Below are positions 35,457-44,766 of a stretch of 64,000 nt of DNA, piece by piece. The stretch is from a virus. The stretch is from the IMG/VR virus record IMGVR_UViG_3300032677_000006; one strand, 5' to 3'. The position numbers were made by a program, and so were the translations under genes. Positions within the stretch are counted from its first letter, which is position 1; every line of letters begins with the position of its first letter. The notes under the pieces are model-generated. The model did not search any database, was not told the DNA's origin, and worked only from the letters and a program-made list of their open reading frames with translations.

Positions 35457-35963
35457 TCACGCCAGCGGGTAAATCAACGAGTATTCGCCCAGCGCCTGCT
35501 GGAGGGCGTCGCGTTCGTCGTACGTGCTGCTAAAGCCAATGTACACCTCCGCTTTCTGCGCCCGGTCGATGATCGTGCGCGTCGCCTGCGGCAGCTCGGC
35601 AAGCGTCAGCGGTCGGCTGGTCCAGACTCCCAGCGGTGTTCTGCCGTTGTGCTGCTGGTGGTAAATCGTCAGGCCGACATTGCCGTCCTTGTACGCCGAG
35701 GCCACCAGGCTCAGGTCCTGGCCGCTGACCATTTTTAATTCTTTCGCCGCCGCCCAGTAGCGAATGATCTGGCCGTGGTCTTTGTATTTTCCCTGGTAGG
35801 CTTGAAAGCCTAGCGGCTTCAGTGCTTCGATCCACAGGTGCTTTTCCGGATTTGGCGCTTCCCAGCTCTGCCGGTTGAGCGCGCCTGCGGCGTACTGGTC
35901 CAGGTCAAAATCGTCCGCCCCCGGCGCTTCCAGCAGGGCGTTCACAAGTCCGTGTGCGTTCAC
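35457..35963 (-). CDS. LLE-motif hypothetical protein
   Basis: MNAHGLVNALLEAPGADDFDLDQY. Confidence 0.65.
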   Translation of the reverse strand: MNAHGLVNALLEAPGADDFDLDQYAAGALNRQSWEAPNPEKHLWIEALKPLGFQAYQGKYKDHGQIIRYWAAAKELKMVSGQDLSLVASAYKDGNVGLTIYHQQHNGRTPLGVWTSRPLTLAELPQATRTIIDRAQKAEVYIGFSSTYDERDALQQALGEYSLIYPLA

Positions 35964-35968
35964 GCCGT

Positions 35969-35982
35969 TAACTACGTATTTA
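35969..35982. promoter_or_regulatory. back-to-back GTANTTA putative late promoters
   Basis: TAACTAC-GTATTTA fills most of the 23-nt gap between divergent starts. Confidence 0.65.
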
Positions 35983-35986
35983 AGAC

Positions 35987-36772
35987 ATGATTACGAACAA
36001 ATGGTACGGCTGGCGGCCCGATCTACCGGATTTCCGCGACTTCAAGTTCACGCGCGGCGTGGCGCTTAAAGACGCCATTCCCAACCCCATCCTGGACAAC
36101 GTGGACCTGCGCACCACCGGCTTCCTGCCGCCGGTGTTCGACCAGGGCGACCTTGGTTCCTGCACGGCGAACTCGCTGTCCGAGCTGTTTTACTTCGTCG
36201 ACAAAAAGCAGACCGGCATCTCGTTCCTGCCCTCGCGCCTGTTCATCTACTTCAACGAGCGCAAGGTGGAGGGAACCGTTGGCGAGGACGCGGGCGCGTC
36301 TCTGCGCACCGGCATCAAGACCATCGTCAATCAGGGTGTGTGCCTGGAGAACCTGTGGCCGTACCATCCGGAACTGTTCAGCGTGACGCCGCCGCAGATT
36401 TGCTATACCGACGCCCAGCGCCACGAGGCCAAGGTCTACCGCAGCGTGAACCAGACGGCGGACGCCATCAAAGGCTGCCTGTCCGACGGTTTCCCGGTCA
36501 CGGTCGGGCTGACGCTGTACGACTCCTTCGAGTCCGACGCGGTGGCCGCCAGCGGCATCGTGGCCATGCCTGGGCCGGACGAGCAGGCGGTGGGCGGCCA
36601 CGCGGTGCTCATTGTCGGCTACGATCCCGTCAATGTGCTGATCATGAACAGCTGGGGCGCGGATTGGGGCCAGAACGGCTTCTTTCAGATTCCCTGGGAG
36701 TACGTGCTAAACCCGGACCTAGCCAGCGACTTCTGGATGGTCCACGCGATCACGCCGTCCGCCGTTCCGTGA
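35987..36772 (+). CDS. papain-like C1A cysteine peptidase
   Basis: DQGDLGSCTANS, GGHAVLIVGY, NSWGADWGQNGFF. Confidence 0.95.
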   Translation: MITNKWYGWRPDLPDFRDFKFTRGVALKDAIPNPILDNVDLRTTGFLPPVFDQGDLGSCTANSLSELFYFVDKKQTGISFLPSRLFIYFNERKVEGTVGEDAGASLRTGIKTIVNQGVCLENLWPYHPELFSVTPPQICYTDAQRHEAKVYRSVNQTADAIKGCLSDGFPVTVGLTLYDSFESDAVAASGIVAMPGPDEQAVGGHAVLIVGYDPVNVLIMNSWGADWGQNGFFQIPWEYVLNPDLASDFWMVHAITPSAVP

Positions 36773-37221
36773 ACGCCGCCGTCCTTGTCCGTCGATTACT
36801 GGAAGATGGCTCGGAAAACCGCTTAGACGATCCCGAGCAGTTTCTACGGCGCATGCCGTCGCCCAAGCAGCAGGCCACCGAGCTGCTGCGAAAGGCGGGT
36901 TTTCAGTACGACTCCACGTTCATGGCGGACGAGGACATCCCCTACAACCCGGACCTGGCCGATCCCAGCGACGGAGCCTGGTACCGGTACGTGGACACGC
37001 CCAACTTCGGGCTGGTCTTGGTCAACATCGAGACCGGCAGCGCCAGCGAGTACGCCCGCAGGCATTCCGTAAACGTCTACGACCAGAACCGCCGCGCGCT
37101 GTTCACCTACGCCCAGCATTTGAACTTCATGCAGGCGGCCAAGGCCGCCGTGGAGATCGCACGGGCGAACTTCAACGACCTGGAGATTAACGGGAACCGG
37201 CTGGAACGCAGGCTGGAGTAG
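36769..37221 (+). CDS. LLE-motif hypothetical protein
   Basis: GTG start overlaps the peptidase stop; MNAAVLVRRLLEDGSENRLDDPEQF. Confidence 0.65.
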   Translation: MNAAVLVRRLLEDGSENRLDDPEQFLRRMPSPKQQATELLRKAGFQYDSTFMADEDIPYNPDLADPSDGAWYRYVDTPNFGLVLVNIETGSASEYARRHSVNVYDQNRRALFTYAQHLNFMQAAKAAVEIARANFNDLEINGNRLERRLE

Positions 37222-37331
37222 CCTGCGGGCCGGGTAGAACGCGCAAGGAAGGAGAATTCACGATTTGCCTTCATCCCCAGGCGTGACCACTTAGGGGAAG
37301 TTTACTTGCGCGCTCTACCCAGCCAGCAGGC
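37221..37331 (-). ncRNA. orphan structured RNA (~111 nt): long stem plus three-way junction
   Basis: GCCUGCUGGCUGGGUAGAGCGCGCAAG pairs with CUUGCGCGUUCUACCCGGCCCGCAGGC; GTTCT 4 nt upstream. Confidence 0.6.
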
Positions 37332-37341
37332 ACGAAGAACG

Positions 37342-37662
37342 CTAAGACTGACGCGCCGGTACGTCCAGGGTGTCGCCACAACCTGAGCATTTGTCGCTGT
37401 TGTCTTGGCAGTACCGACCCGGCACAGGCAGCTCGACTTCCTGGTCCGGCACGAACTGACCTGTAAAAAAGTCGTAGTGACCGCCCACAGTCTTAGGGCT
37501 GCTTTTCCAGGCCCAGCGATAGGTGCGGTTAACCGCTCCCGGCTGGCGCAAGTCGCTATTGCAACTGTAGCAGTACAGCAGACGCGCGGAGTATGCCCGG
37601 TTAAGGTACTGCGACGGATCGTCTACGTCCATCTCCTGGATCAGCTGCCTGGCTCGGCTCAT
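37342..37662 (-). CDS. Zn-ribbon protein with LIQE N-terminal motif
   Basis: MSRARQLIQEMDVDDPSQY; CYSC...CSGC. Confidence 0.6.
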   Translation of the reverse strand: MSRARQLIQEMDVDDPSQYLNRAYSARLLYCYSCNSDLRQPGAVNRTYRWAWKSSPKTVGGHYDFFTGQFVPDQEVELPVPGRYCQDNSDKCSGCGDTLDVPARQS

Positions 37663-37913
37663 TTGGTGTAGGTCTTTAGCGCCGTCAAAAGCTGTGGAAA
37701 GTCACCTGAAAAACCCCTGGGCACGTAAACAGTTTCCTGGGGCACGCCCAAAGCGTCCAGCACGTGGTTGAGGTCGCTGCGCGGATTCGTCGCCACCAGC
37801 TTGCCGTCCACGTAGACCGCGTAAAACGGGTCGTGCGTACCGTCCTCAAAAACCCAGGTCAAGCGCGGAGCGCCGCCATTGACCACCTGCTGAACTGGCT
37901 TGCTGGCGGCCAT
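37659..37913 (-). CDS. hypothetical protein
   Basis: Coupled ORF. Confidence 0.55.
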   Translation of the reverse strand: MAASKPVQQVVNGGAPRLTWVFEDGTHDPFYAVYVDGKLVATNPRSDLNHVLDALGVPQETVYVPRGFSGDFPQLLTALKTYTK

Positions 37914-37914
37914 A

Positions 37915-38418
37915 TCAGTACTGGTGCTTCGGCAGGATCATCTCCTTGAAGAAAACCTTACGCCCGTCCTTCAGCTCGACGCCAACAAGGTGGCGGGCGT
38001 ATGTCTTGCGCAAGTCGCTACCCACCACCGGCACTTCGCCGTCGACGATTGGATTCTGACATTCAGGGCAGGTGTCGCCCCAGTCCGCTGGCACAATCCG
38101 CCGAGCGGATAACCGGCACCAGCCCTCGTGGTTGCAAATCCGCGCGGCAACTTTCATCCGGTAGTTGTCCGTCGATCCGACCGCCTCACCCGGGATATAC
38201 CGGGCCACGTCCGACCGTTCCAGTCCGTGGTAGGCCAGCATGCGCTCCAGGTCGATGCACTGGCCCAGCTGCTGGTCGATCTCCAGGGCCTTGCGGCGCA
38301 GGTTCCGCAGATCGGTAAACGACTTGCGCGCCCGGTCTAACTTGTGGTAGCGATCCGGGTTTAGCGGCTCGTTCTCCAGCATCTTCGTGACGACCTGCTC
38401 GGCCTTTGAATTGTCCAT
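37915..38418 (-). CDS. MLE-motif hypothetical protein
   Basis: MDNSKAEQVVTKMLEN; GTAATTA 5 nt upstream; CPEC. Confidence 0.6.
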   Translation of the reverse strand: MDNSKAEQVVTKMLENEPLNPDRYHKLDRARKSFTDLRNLRRKALEIDQQLGQCIDLERMLAYHGLERSDVARYIPGEAVGSTDNYRMKVAARICNHEGWCRLSARRIVPADWGDTCPECQNPIVDGEVPVVGSDLRKTYARHLVGVELKDGRKVFFKEMILPKHQY

Positions 38419-38426
38419 GCTCATAA

Positions 38427-38621
38427 TTACGCCTTCAGCTCCAGGCAAAAATGGTAGTCGACCACCTCGCCCAGGCGCACGGTGGCCTCCACCTCGCCCT
38501 CCGTCTCCGGTTTGTTCTGCAACCCCGGCACCAGTGGAAAGGTACCGTAGCCGCTGCGCACCACCCAGCGCCCCGCTTGGCGCTCCAGGTTGCCGTTGAT
38601 CCGCTCGTTCTTGTTTTTCAT
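38427..38621 (-). CDS. hypothetical protein (leaderless, sigma70 promoter)
   Basis: TTGACG-N18-TACATT then ATG (MKNKNE). Confidence 0.55.
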   Translation of the reverse strand: MKNKNERINGNLERQAGRWVVRSGYGTFPLVPGLQNKPETEGEVEATVRLGEVVDYHFCLELKA

Positions 38622-38707
38622 GGCCCTAATGTATACAATGACCGGTACCGCCGTCAACATTAAAATACAAACAATGTTGCGTCCCTGATCCTGTTCTATC
38701 CATAAAT

Positions 38708-39802
38708 ATGTCATACGTCGACACTACCAAGAAGTACGATAACCGGCTCGAAGCGGTCATTGTTTGCGCCAACTATGGCGATTTCCTCCAGGAAACGCTG
38801 CCCTACAACCTGGCCCACCTGGACCGGGTGGTCGTGGTCACGCCCCACGCCGACGAGCACACACGAAGCGTCTGCGCCAAGTGGTCGGTCGAGTGCGTGG
38901 TCTCCGATGCTTTCACCGAAAAAGGCGACACCCTAAACAAGGGAGCCGCCATCAACGTCGGCATCGCCCGGCTGCGCCAGCGCGGCTGGATCATCCAGAT
39001 GGACGCCGACATCGTGCTGCCGGTTACGTTCCGGAACATGATCGACAAATCGGGGTTGCAACCGGACTGCATCTACGGCTGCGAGCGCGCCAACGTGAGA
39101 GGCTGGGCCACCTGGCAGAGACTGCGCAAGGACCTGCATGAGACGCCCCAGTTCGGCTACAATTATCTGATCACCAGCCCGGACCACCTGCCCATCGGGG
39201 CCAACGTCGTCCACAAGCAGTTCGGGTATACGCCCATCGGCTTTTTCCAGCTGTGGAATTCCAGCTACATGCACCAGTACAACCTGCGGTATCCGGACAC
39301 AGAGGGCAGCGCGGAGAACATGGACGTGCAGTTCGCGCTCCACTGGCCGCGCCACAAGCGCATCCTGCTGCCGACGGTTCGCGCCTTCCACCTGGAGAGC
39401 GCGGACGCCAGCATGGGCATCAACTGGAACGGTCGGAAGAGCGCCCCGTTCCAGCCTGGCACCGTCGCTGAAAGCGCGGCCCTCCCGCCTGGCGTCGAGC
39501 CGGAAAGCACGCCGCTGCCGATGGGCTACGGCTACTGCGGCAAAACCTATGCCGCCTACAGCGATACCGGAATGAGCATCCAGTACGCCATGGGAATCAT
39601 TGGTTTTGCGATGACACCGCCGGTGGGATCAAAGCTGTCCGCCTACGTGGTTGGCGACAAGCTTAAGATCACTTCGCTGGACAACCAGCATGCCTGGATG
39701 GAGGGAATCATCATTTCTTACGCCTGCGGCAACACCTACATTAACCTTACGCGCCTAAGCGGCCACGGCTGGTACAGCAGCTGGGTTATCAACCGCGTCT
39801 AG
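38708..39802 (+). CDS. GT-A (GT2-like) glycosyltransferase with C-terminal extension
   Basis: VIVCANYGDFL, LNKGAAIN, QMDADI, IGFFQLW. Confidence 0.85.
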   Translation: MSYVDTTKKYDNRLEAVIVCANYGDFLQETLPYNLAHLDRVVVVTPHADEHTRSVCAKWSVECVVSDAFTEKGDTLNKGAAINVGIARLRQRGWIIQMDADIVLPVTFRNMIDKSGLQPDCIYGCERANVRGWATWQRLRKDLHETPQFGYNYLITSPDHLPIGANVVHKQFGYTPIGFFQLWNSSYMHQYNLRYPDTEGSAENMDVQFALHWPRHKRILLPTVRAFHLESADASMGINWNGRKSAPFQPGTVAESAALPPGVEPESTPLPMGYGYCGKTYAAYSDTGMSIQYAMGIIGFAMTPPVGSKLSAYVVGDKLKITSLDNQHAWMEGIIISYACGNTYINLTRLSGHGWYSSWVINRV

Positions 39803-40221
39803 CTCAACGGTTCCACGGTAAACTTTCCGGTCAGTGTAAATCTCGGCAGGCGCTTCAAGCCGCCCCGGGCCAGCAGCTCGTTGCTGTACACCGGCAGCAC
39901 CCCGTCCGCCACGGAAATAGTGATGTGCGGGTGCGGGTTCTCACTGTATGCGTCCACCGCCACCGCCTGCGCCTGGCTGTCCAGGGCATAGCCGGTGACC
40001 GTCAGCGCCACCGGCTGGCCGTGCCGGGGCAGGTATTCCCGCTCGAACACGTCCGCGTCCGGCTTGAACGCGACCGTCATGTGGTGGACGTATACATTTT
40101 CGTGGCGCGCCGGGACCCGGCGGAGCAGCTCGCGCTGGCTGCGGTCGTCCAGCACCACGCTGACCAGGGTGTTGGTCCGCTCCTCCAGCAGCCAGCTGAC
40201 GATGTCGGCGCTCGTCTTCAC
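39799..40221 (-). CDS. 2H phosphoesterase (cyclic phosphodiesterase-like) with LLE motif
   Basis: Two HxT motifs, HHMTVAF and HPHITIS; GTG start MKTSADIVSWLLEE. Confidence 0.85.
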   Translation of the reverse strand: MKTSADIVSWLLEERTNTLVSVVLDDRSQRELLRRVPARHENVYVHHMTVAFKPDADVFEREYLPRHGQPVALTVTGYALDSQAQAVAVDAYSENPHPHITISVADGVLPVYSNELLARGGLKRLPRFTLTGKFTVEPLS

Positions 40222-40243
40222 GGGCAGTGTTCCACGCGGAACA

Positions 40244-40651
40244 TCACGGCAGCATCGGTGGCTTCCAGCTGGCCACCTGGTTGAGCACCTTGTTGTATTC
40301 CTCGTGGGTGCCGATCCAGCACCAAATCCACATGGTGTCGGCATTATAGCAGATCGCGCGGTAGGCTCGCCCGATCCGAATGGACCAGAAGGCGTCGTTG
40401 CGCTGTAGCTTTTTGAACTCCAGCTCCGGGGCGAAAGGAGTCGTGCGCCACGCGTTGTAGACTTCTCGCGCCAGGTTCTGAATTTCACCCGGCAGCGCGC
40501 AGCACAGCTTGTCGAACTTGTGGTTGCGCTTGGCGTGCTTGTTGGCCACCACGCTGCTCCGGGGCGCAGGCTGGGGCGCAGGCTGGGGCGCAGATCGCTT
40601 GCCCTTCCAGTTGTCTTCCAGCAGGCAGGTGACGATTTTATCGGCAGTCAT
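40244..40651 (-). CDS. RelE/ParE-like toxin with LLE motif
   Basis: LPGEIQNLARE..PELEFKKL..FWSIRIGRAYRAI..WCWIGTHEEYNK; start MTADKIVTCLLED. Confidence 0.85.
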   Translation of the reverse strand: MTADKIVTCLLEDNWKGKRSAPQPAPQPAPRSSVVANKHAKRNHKFDKLCCALPGEIQNLAREVYNAWRTTPFAPELEFKKLQRNDAFWSIRIGRAYRAICYNADTMWIWCWIGTHEEYNKVLNQVASWKPPMLP

Positions 40652-40655
40652 TGAC

Positions 40656-40844
40656 TTAATTACCGGCAAACAGCGGCGAGTCAAACAGGTCGCCCGCCAC
40701 GCCCTCTTCCGGGTGCGCCGGGTCAATTTCAGTGAGCTGTTCCAAGGCGGATTTGGGCGTCGCCTCGATGGCCTCGTCCAGGGTGCGCGCCTGCTTGGCC
40801 TGGGCGAGCTGGCGCTGCTCGGCGAGTGTAAGCTGCTTTTTCAT
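40656..40844 (-). CDS. small acidic-tailed protein (sigma70 promoter)
   Basis: TTGACG-N17-TACGGT at 40853-40881. Confidence 0.55.
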   Translation of the reverse strand: MKKQLTLAEQRQLAQAKQARTLDEAIEATPKSALEQLTEIDPAHPEEGVAGDLFDSPLFAGN

Positions 40845-40917
40845 ATAGTTAAACCGTAAACCGACTTAAAACGTCCGTCAACCTTAAAATTTACTCTGAA
40901 ATTGAGTTCTAGCCCGC

Positions 40918-41559
40918 ATGAGCGTAGACAACCTCAGAAAAATAGCCGCCCTCGCCCCGGAGCCTTTGATCCAGGAGGCGGCGGGTGCCTACCCTAAATA
41001 CCAGCGGCTGACGGCGCAGATTGCCCGCAAGCACGGCTTCAGCCCCCGCACCGGCGCGGCGGTTTTCGCCGCGCTTTCGCCCAACAACAACTACCACGGC
41101 AACCTGCGGGACACGGACACCCTGCTGCGAAGCGTGGCCGCCGGGCTGACGGCGGAACAGTTTACCGTGCATACGTATGGCAACAACAACAAGCGCAAAG
41201 CCTGGACCATCGCCCAGGGAGCCGAGCCGCTCGACCTGATCGTCGCCAAAAAGACCCGTAATTTCTTTCTGAATGTCAACGACCCGACCGATCCGTTGCC
41301 CGTCACCATCGACGGCCACATGGTCAACTGCTGGCGCGGCACGCGGGCCAACCTGGTGGGCCTGCGCGGCGTGACCCGGGACTACGACCGGGTGGCCGAA
41401 GGGGTGCGCCAGGTGGCCGCCGAGCGAAAGTTGCTGCCCTGCCAGATGCAGGCGGTCTTGTGGATAACCTGGAAAAAACTGCACTGGATCAGGTCCAGCC
41501 CGCAGCAGGAATTCTGGGACCCGGACTACCTGGCGGCCCAGCTGGGTTTTCAGTTCTAA
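40918..41559 (+). CDS. helical DNA glycosylase-like (HhH-type) phage protein
   Basis: FAALSP, KTRNF, VTIDGH, QMQAVLWI. Confidence 0.55.
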   Translation: MSVDNLRKIAALAPEPLIQEAAGAYPKYQRLTAQIARKHGFSPRTGAAVFAALSPNNNYHGNLRDTDTLLRSVAAGLTAEQFTVHTYGNNNKRKAWTIAQGAEPLDLIVAKKTRNFFLNVNDPTDPLPVTIDGHMVNCWRGTRANLVGLRGVTRDYDRVAEGVRQVAAERKLLPCQMQAVLWITWKKLHWIRSSPQQEFWDPDYLAAQLGFQF

Positions 41560-41564
41560 CGGGC

Positions 41565-42155
41565 ATGTTAAACGCCGCCGAAGTCTACACCGAGTTTTTC
41601 AAGACCTTTCGCGAGGTCTCCGGACCCAACGAGCAGTTTGAGGTCACAGGCAGGCCCAACGGATTTGCCGCCAGCCTGGAGGCGCTCCTGGGCTTCAAAG
41701 CCGCCGTCCTGGCCCGGCCAAGCGGACGCATCCTGGACGCTGGCTCGGGCGTTTCCTCGGCCCTGCTGCGCCTGTGGTTTCCGCCCCACGTCACCACCTG
41801 CGACTCCGATCCAGCCTACATGGCGCTGGTCAAGGAGACTTGCGCCCGGCTGGCCGACAAGTTCCAGGCTCCCGAGCTGGCCCTGGATTCCTACGTTACG
41901 GGCTATTTTGACCAGCCGGTGGACGCCACCTTTTACGATTACGGCAACTTTGACCAGCGCATCGAGTTCCTGCCCCAGGTGCTGGAGCACACCCGCCACC
42001 TGATCTACCTGGACGACGTGGACCACCGAGAGCGCGGCGCACAGGTGCGCGGAGCCGTTTACTGGCACGCGCGGACGAAAGGCTGGAGTTTGACCGACCG
42101 CCCTGACCTGGTCGACGAATACGGGCGCTGGGGGGTCATGGCTACGCGTATTTAG
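41565..42155 (+). CDS. class I SAM-dependent methyltransferase
   Basis: ILDAGSGVSS; IYLDDVDH; ATG 7 nt after GTTCT. Confidence 0.75.
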   Translation: MLNAAEVYTEFFKTFREVSGPNEQFEVTGRPNGFAASLEALLGFKAAVLARPSGRILDAGSGVSSALLRLWFPPHVTTCDSDPAYMALVKETCARLADKFQAPELALDSYVTGYFDQPVDATFYDYGNFDQRIEFLPQVLEHTRHLIYLDDVDHRERGAQVRGAVYWHARTKGWSLTDRPDLVDEYGRWGVMATRI

Positions 42156-42158
42156 GGC

Positions 42159-42635
42159 ATGGCAGCACCCGCATCGAGCCAGGTAGGAATGAACGTCACC
42201 GCGATCACAGACCTTTGTCTGACCGTGGAGGCGACTGACATCACCAGCTCCAGGGCGGACCAGCCTGTAACGTACATTCCGGACAAGACCAAAGCCGACT
42301 ACAGCAACACCCCGACGTTTGTAGACACTCCGCCCACCTCGACCCAGGTGCGCATGCCGGTGTTTATCATCCCGGCCAGCTCCGGCAGCCCGGTGCCCGT
42401 CACCACCTCCGCCAAGGCGGACCAGCCGGTCACTGTGATTCCCGTCGAAACCGTCACCACCGGCAGCGCCGTGACCAGCGATAAAATCGGGCAGCCGGTG
42501 CATTACGTGGTAAAGGCAACCGACGGCAGCAGTGGCGGCGGCGGTGGCAGTGGCGGCAGCGGCACGCTCATGGGCGTGGGCGGCGACGCCATCTCCGGCG
42601 TTGGGGGTGACCCTGTCTCCGGCGTGGGCGGCTAA
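42159..42635 (+). CDS. probable virion protein with internal (AD/IG)QPV repeats
   Basis: Thr/Val/Pro-rich, Gly linker; GTATTTA upstream. Confidence 0.55.
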   Translation: MAAPASSQVGMNVTAITDLCLTVEATDITSSRADQPVTYIPDKTKADYSNTPTFVDTPPTSTQVRMPVFIIPASSGSPVPVTTSAKADQPVTVIPVETVTTGSAVTSDKIGQPVHYVVKATDGSSGGGGGSGGSGTLMGVGGDAISGVGGDPVSGVGG

Positions 42636-42645
42636 ACAATTTACC

Positions 42646-43446
42646 ATGAAAATGAAAATGAAAAATACGGCATATCTTGTAGGCACCGGTCGGCTGTTGG
42701 CGCTGTTGGCGCTGCTCCCCGCCGCGCCCGTCTCCGCGATCAACTGGACGAACTATCCGGTGGGCGTCCCGGCCAACTCGGACACGTTTTTGTTCGGCAC
42801 CAGCACCACGAACAAGCAAATTTCGGCAGCCAGTCTGGCGGCGTGGACCTGGACCTACAACCTGCCGAGCCTGGTGGGCATGTCCGGGCTTAACAACACC
42901 ACCCAGACCAACGGCACGTACGTCAACGGCTACTTCCAGGGCAACGGTGCGGGTCTGACAAACGTACCGGCGTCCTCGCTGACGGGAACCTCGAACAACA
43001 TGGCGCTGGCGACCAACACCCCTGCCGCCGGTTACGTCCTGTCGGCGACCGACACCACCGGCCTCGACCGCGCATGGGTACCGCAGACAAGCGGCGGGAC
43101 AGTCACCAACACAACCCAGAGCGCATTTTATAGCCCATACCAAGTCAGCCCAAACACCAATATGATAATTGATCCGGCGAATGGAAATTATCAGGCAGTC
43201 ATTTTGACCAACAACACCACGCTCACCTGGACTAACGTCGGTGGGGCGGGGTGGAACGGCAATGGCGCTTTTGTGCGGCTTGAAATTTGGCCCGGCAGCT
43301 ATACGTTGACGTGGAACACGGCGAACCTCAACACCAATCTTTTTTCCGTAGCTGCCTTCTCGTATACCAGCACGAACTGGAGTGTGTTCGTGTTTGACAA
43401 GGTTGCCTACCTGACAACCGCCGCCAAGGTTTACCAACTGCAATGA
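42646..43446 (+). CDS. Thr/Asn-rich fibre-like protein with signal-peptide-like N-terminus
   Basis: RLLALLALLPAAPVSA; FQGNGAGLTNVPASSLTG fibre-type motif. Confidence 0.6.
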   Translation: MKMKMKNTAYLVGTGRLLALLALLPAAPVSAINWTNYPVGVPANSDTFLFGTSTTNKQISAASLAAWTWTYNLPSLVGMSGLNNTTQTNGTYVNGYFQGNGAGLTNVPASSLTGTSNNMALATNTPAAGYVLSATDTTGLDRAWVPQTSGGTVTNTTQSAFYSPYQVSPNTNMIIDPANGNYQAVILTNNTTLTWTNVGGAGWNGNGAFVRLEIWPGSYTLTWNTANLNTNLFSVAAFSYTSTNWSVFVFDKVAYLTTAAKVYQLQ

Positions 43447-44657
43447 GAAAGCTATCCCTACTTCTAAGTCTGATTTGCGTGTGGGCTGGCATAGCTTACG
43501 GGCAGTACGCGAGTTGGTACTACACCATAACCAATCCGTACCCTTTCGGCATCGAGATAACTTATCGCTATACGTTTAATTCAGATAACATTGGTTATAC
43601 TTGGTACGAGCTTGAAATTCCTCAATCCAGTTCCACCTACTACGATTCAGGGTGGACCGCAATGGATATGTACGGACATGCCAGCACGCAGTTGTGGACC
43701 GGATTTGCGCAGCAGTACATGTGGTTCAACTACAACTATAGCTACTACATTTCAAAGACCAACTGGGGCACTCTCAGCGTCTCAAACGTCCCACCTCCGT
43801 ACGTTACCAACGCTATTTATGGCAGCATGATAGTGCAACAGCCGCAGTGGTCAAATGCCGTTCCCACGCCGGTTCTCCTTATTCGGGACTATCCGACAAA
43901 TGTAGCGTCCAGCGCCACCCAGCTGCCTTCAATGATTGAACGAGACCTGCTAGCGACACAAAAAAGAGTTCGCTACTACTCTCCCAACGATGGAATTTAT
44001 CCGACTAACGGATTGGTAAGCTACTATCAGTTGAACACCAACGTATACGACCTGGTGGGCACCAACCAGACAACGGCTACGAACGCTATCACCTTCACCA
44101 ACGGCCTGTTCAACGGCGCAGTTACGTACAGCGTGGCCTCTACCGGATTTATTTTCCTCACCAACTCTGCAAGCCTGGACACCACAAACTTCACTTGGAT
44201 GGCGTGGTGCTATCCCGTGGGACCTCCCCCGCAAAATGACGGTGGCGGCATGGTTCTTTTTGGCCATCTTTACGACGAGGGCGGCAGCCATAGCTACGGC
44301 GTGAGCTGGAAACAAAGCCCGGACAACCGGTTTATCGCCAACACCGGGACCGGGGCGGGCATTACCTCTTCTAACTTGTTTCCACCTGGAGCTGCCTACA
44401 ACGTGGCGTACACCTACGACGGAACTGCGTTCAGGCTATACGTTAACGGGTCACTTCAGGGGATTGTGACCAACGCGGCTTCAATGGTTTATGACGCAGG
44501 CACTCCTTGGTACGTGGGGTCTGACCCGCAAATCTTTATCAATGTCAGCTACCCTCGGACCTGGGTCGGCACAATGGAGGAGTTGCGGTTCTACAACCGG
44601 GCGTTGGCGGCCAGTGAGATTACGAATTGTGCGGGATACGGCGGAGGGTTCAAGTGA
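43443..44657 (+). CDS. LamG/concanavalin A-like lectin domain protein with signal peptide
   Basis: GLVSYYQLN, FTWMAWCYP, NVAYTYDG..RLYVNG, GTMEELRFYNRALAASEI. Confidence 0.85.
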   Translation: MRKLSLLLSLICVWAGIAYGQYASWYYTITNPYPFGIEITYRYTFNSDNIGYTWYELEIPQSSSTYYDSGWTAMDMYGHASTQLWTGFAQQYMWFNYNYSYYISKTNWGTLSVSNVPPPYVTNAIYGSMIVQQPQWSNAVPTPVLLIRDYPTNVASSATQLPSMIERDLLATQKRVRYYSPNDGIYPTNGLVSYYQLNTNVYDLVGTNQTTATNAITFTNGLFNGAVTYSVASTGFIFLTNSASLDTTNFTWMAWCYPVGPPPQNDGGGMVLFGHLYDEGGSHSYGVSWKQSPDNRFIANTGTGAGITSSNLFPPGAAYNVAYTYDGTAFRLYVNGSLQGIVTNAASMVYDAGTPWYVGSDPQIFINVSYPRTWVGTMEELRFYNRALAASEITNCAGYGGGFK

Positions 44658-44766
44658 TTTTACGGCTATGCGCTTAAGAACCTCAACCTTGACCGTCCCT
44701 GGCCCCGCTCACCCGGCTGACCGGCACGGTCCACGCCGCGTTGGCGCTATCCCTTAGCCAAAACCA

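Noticed and set aside
40244-40844. Classical type II toxin-antitoxin pair
   Set aside because: The upstream 62-aa ORF shows no recognisable antitoxin fold and the toxin has its own GTAATTA motif; unproven rather than excluded
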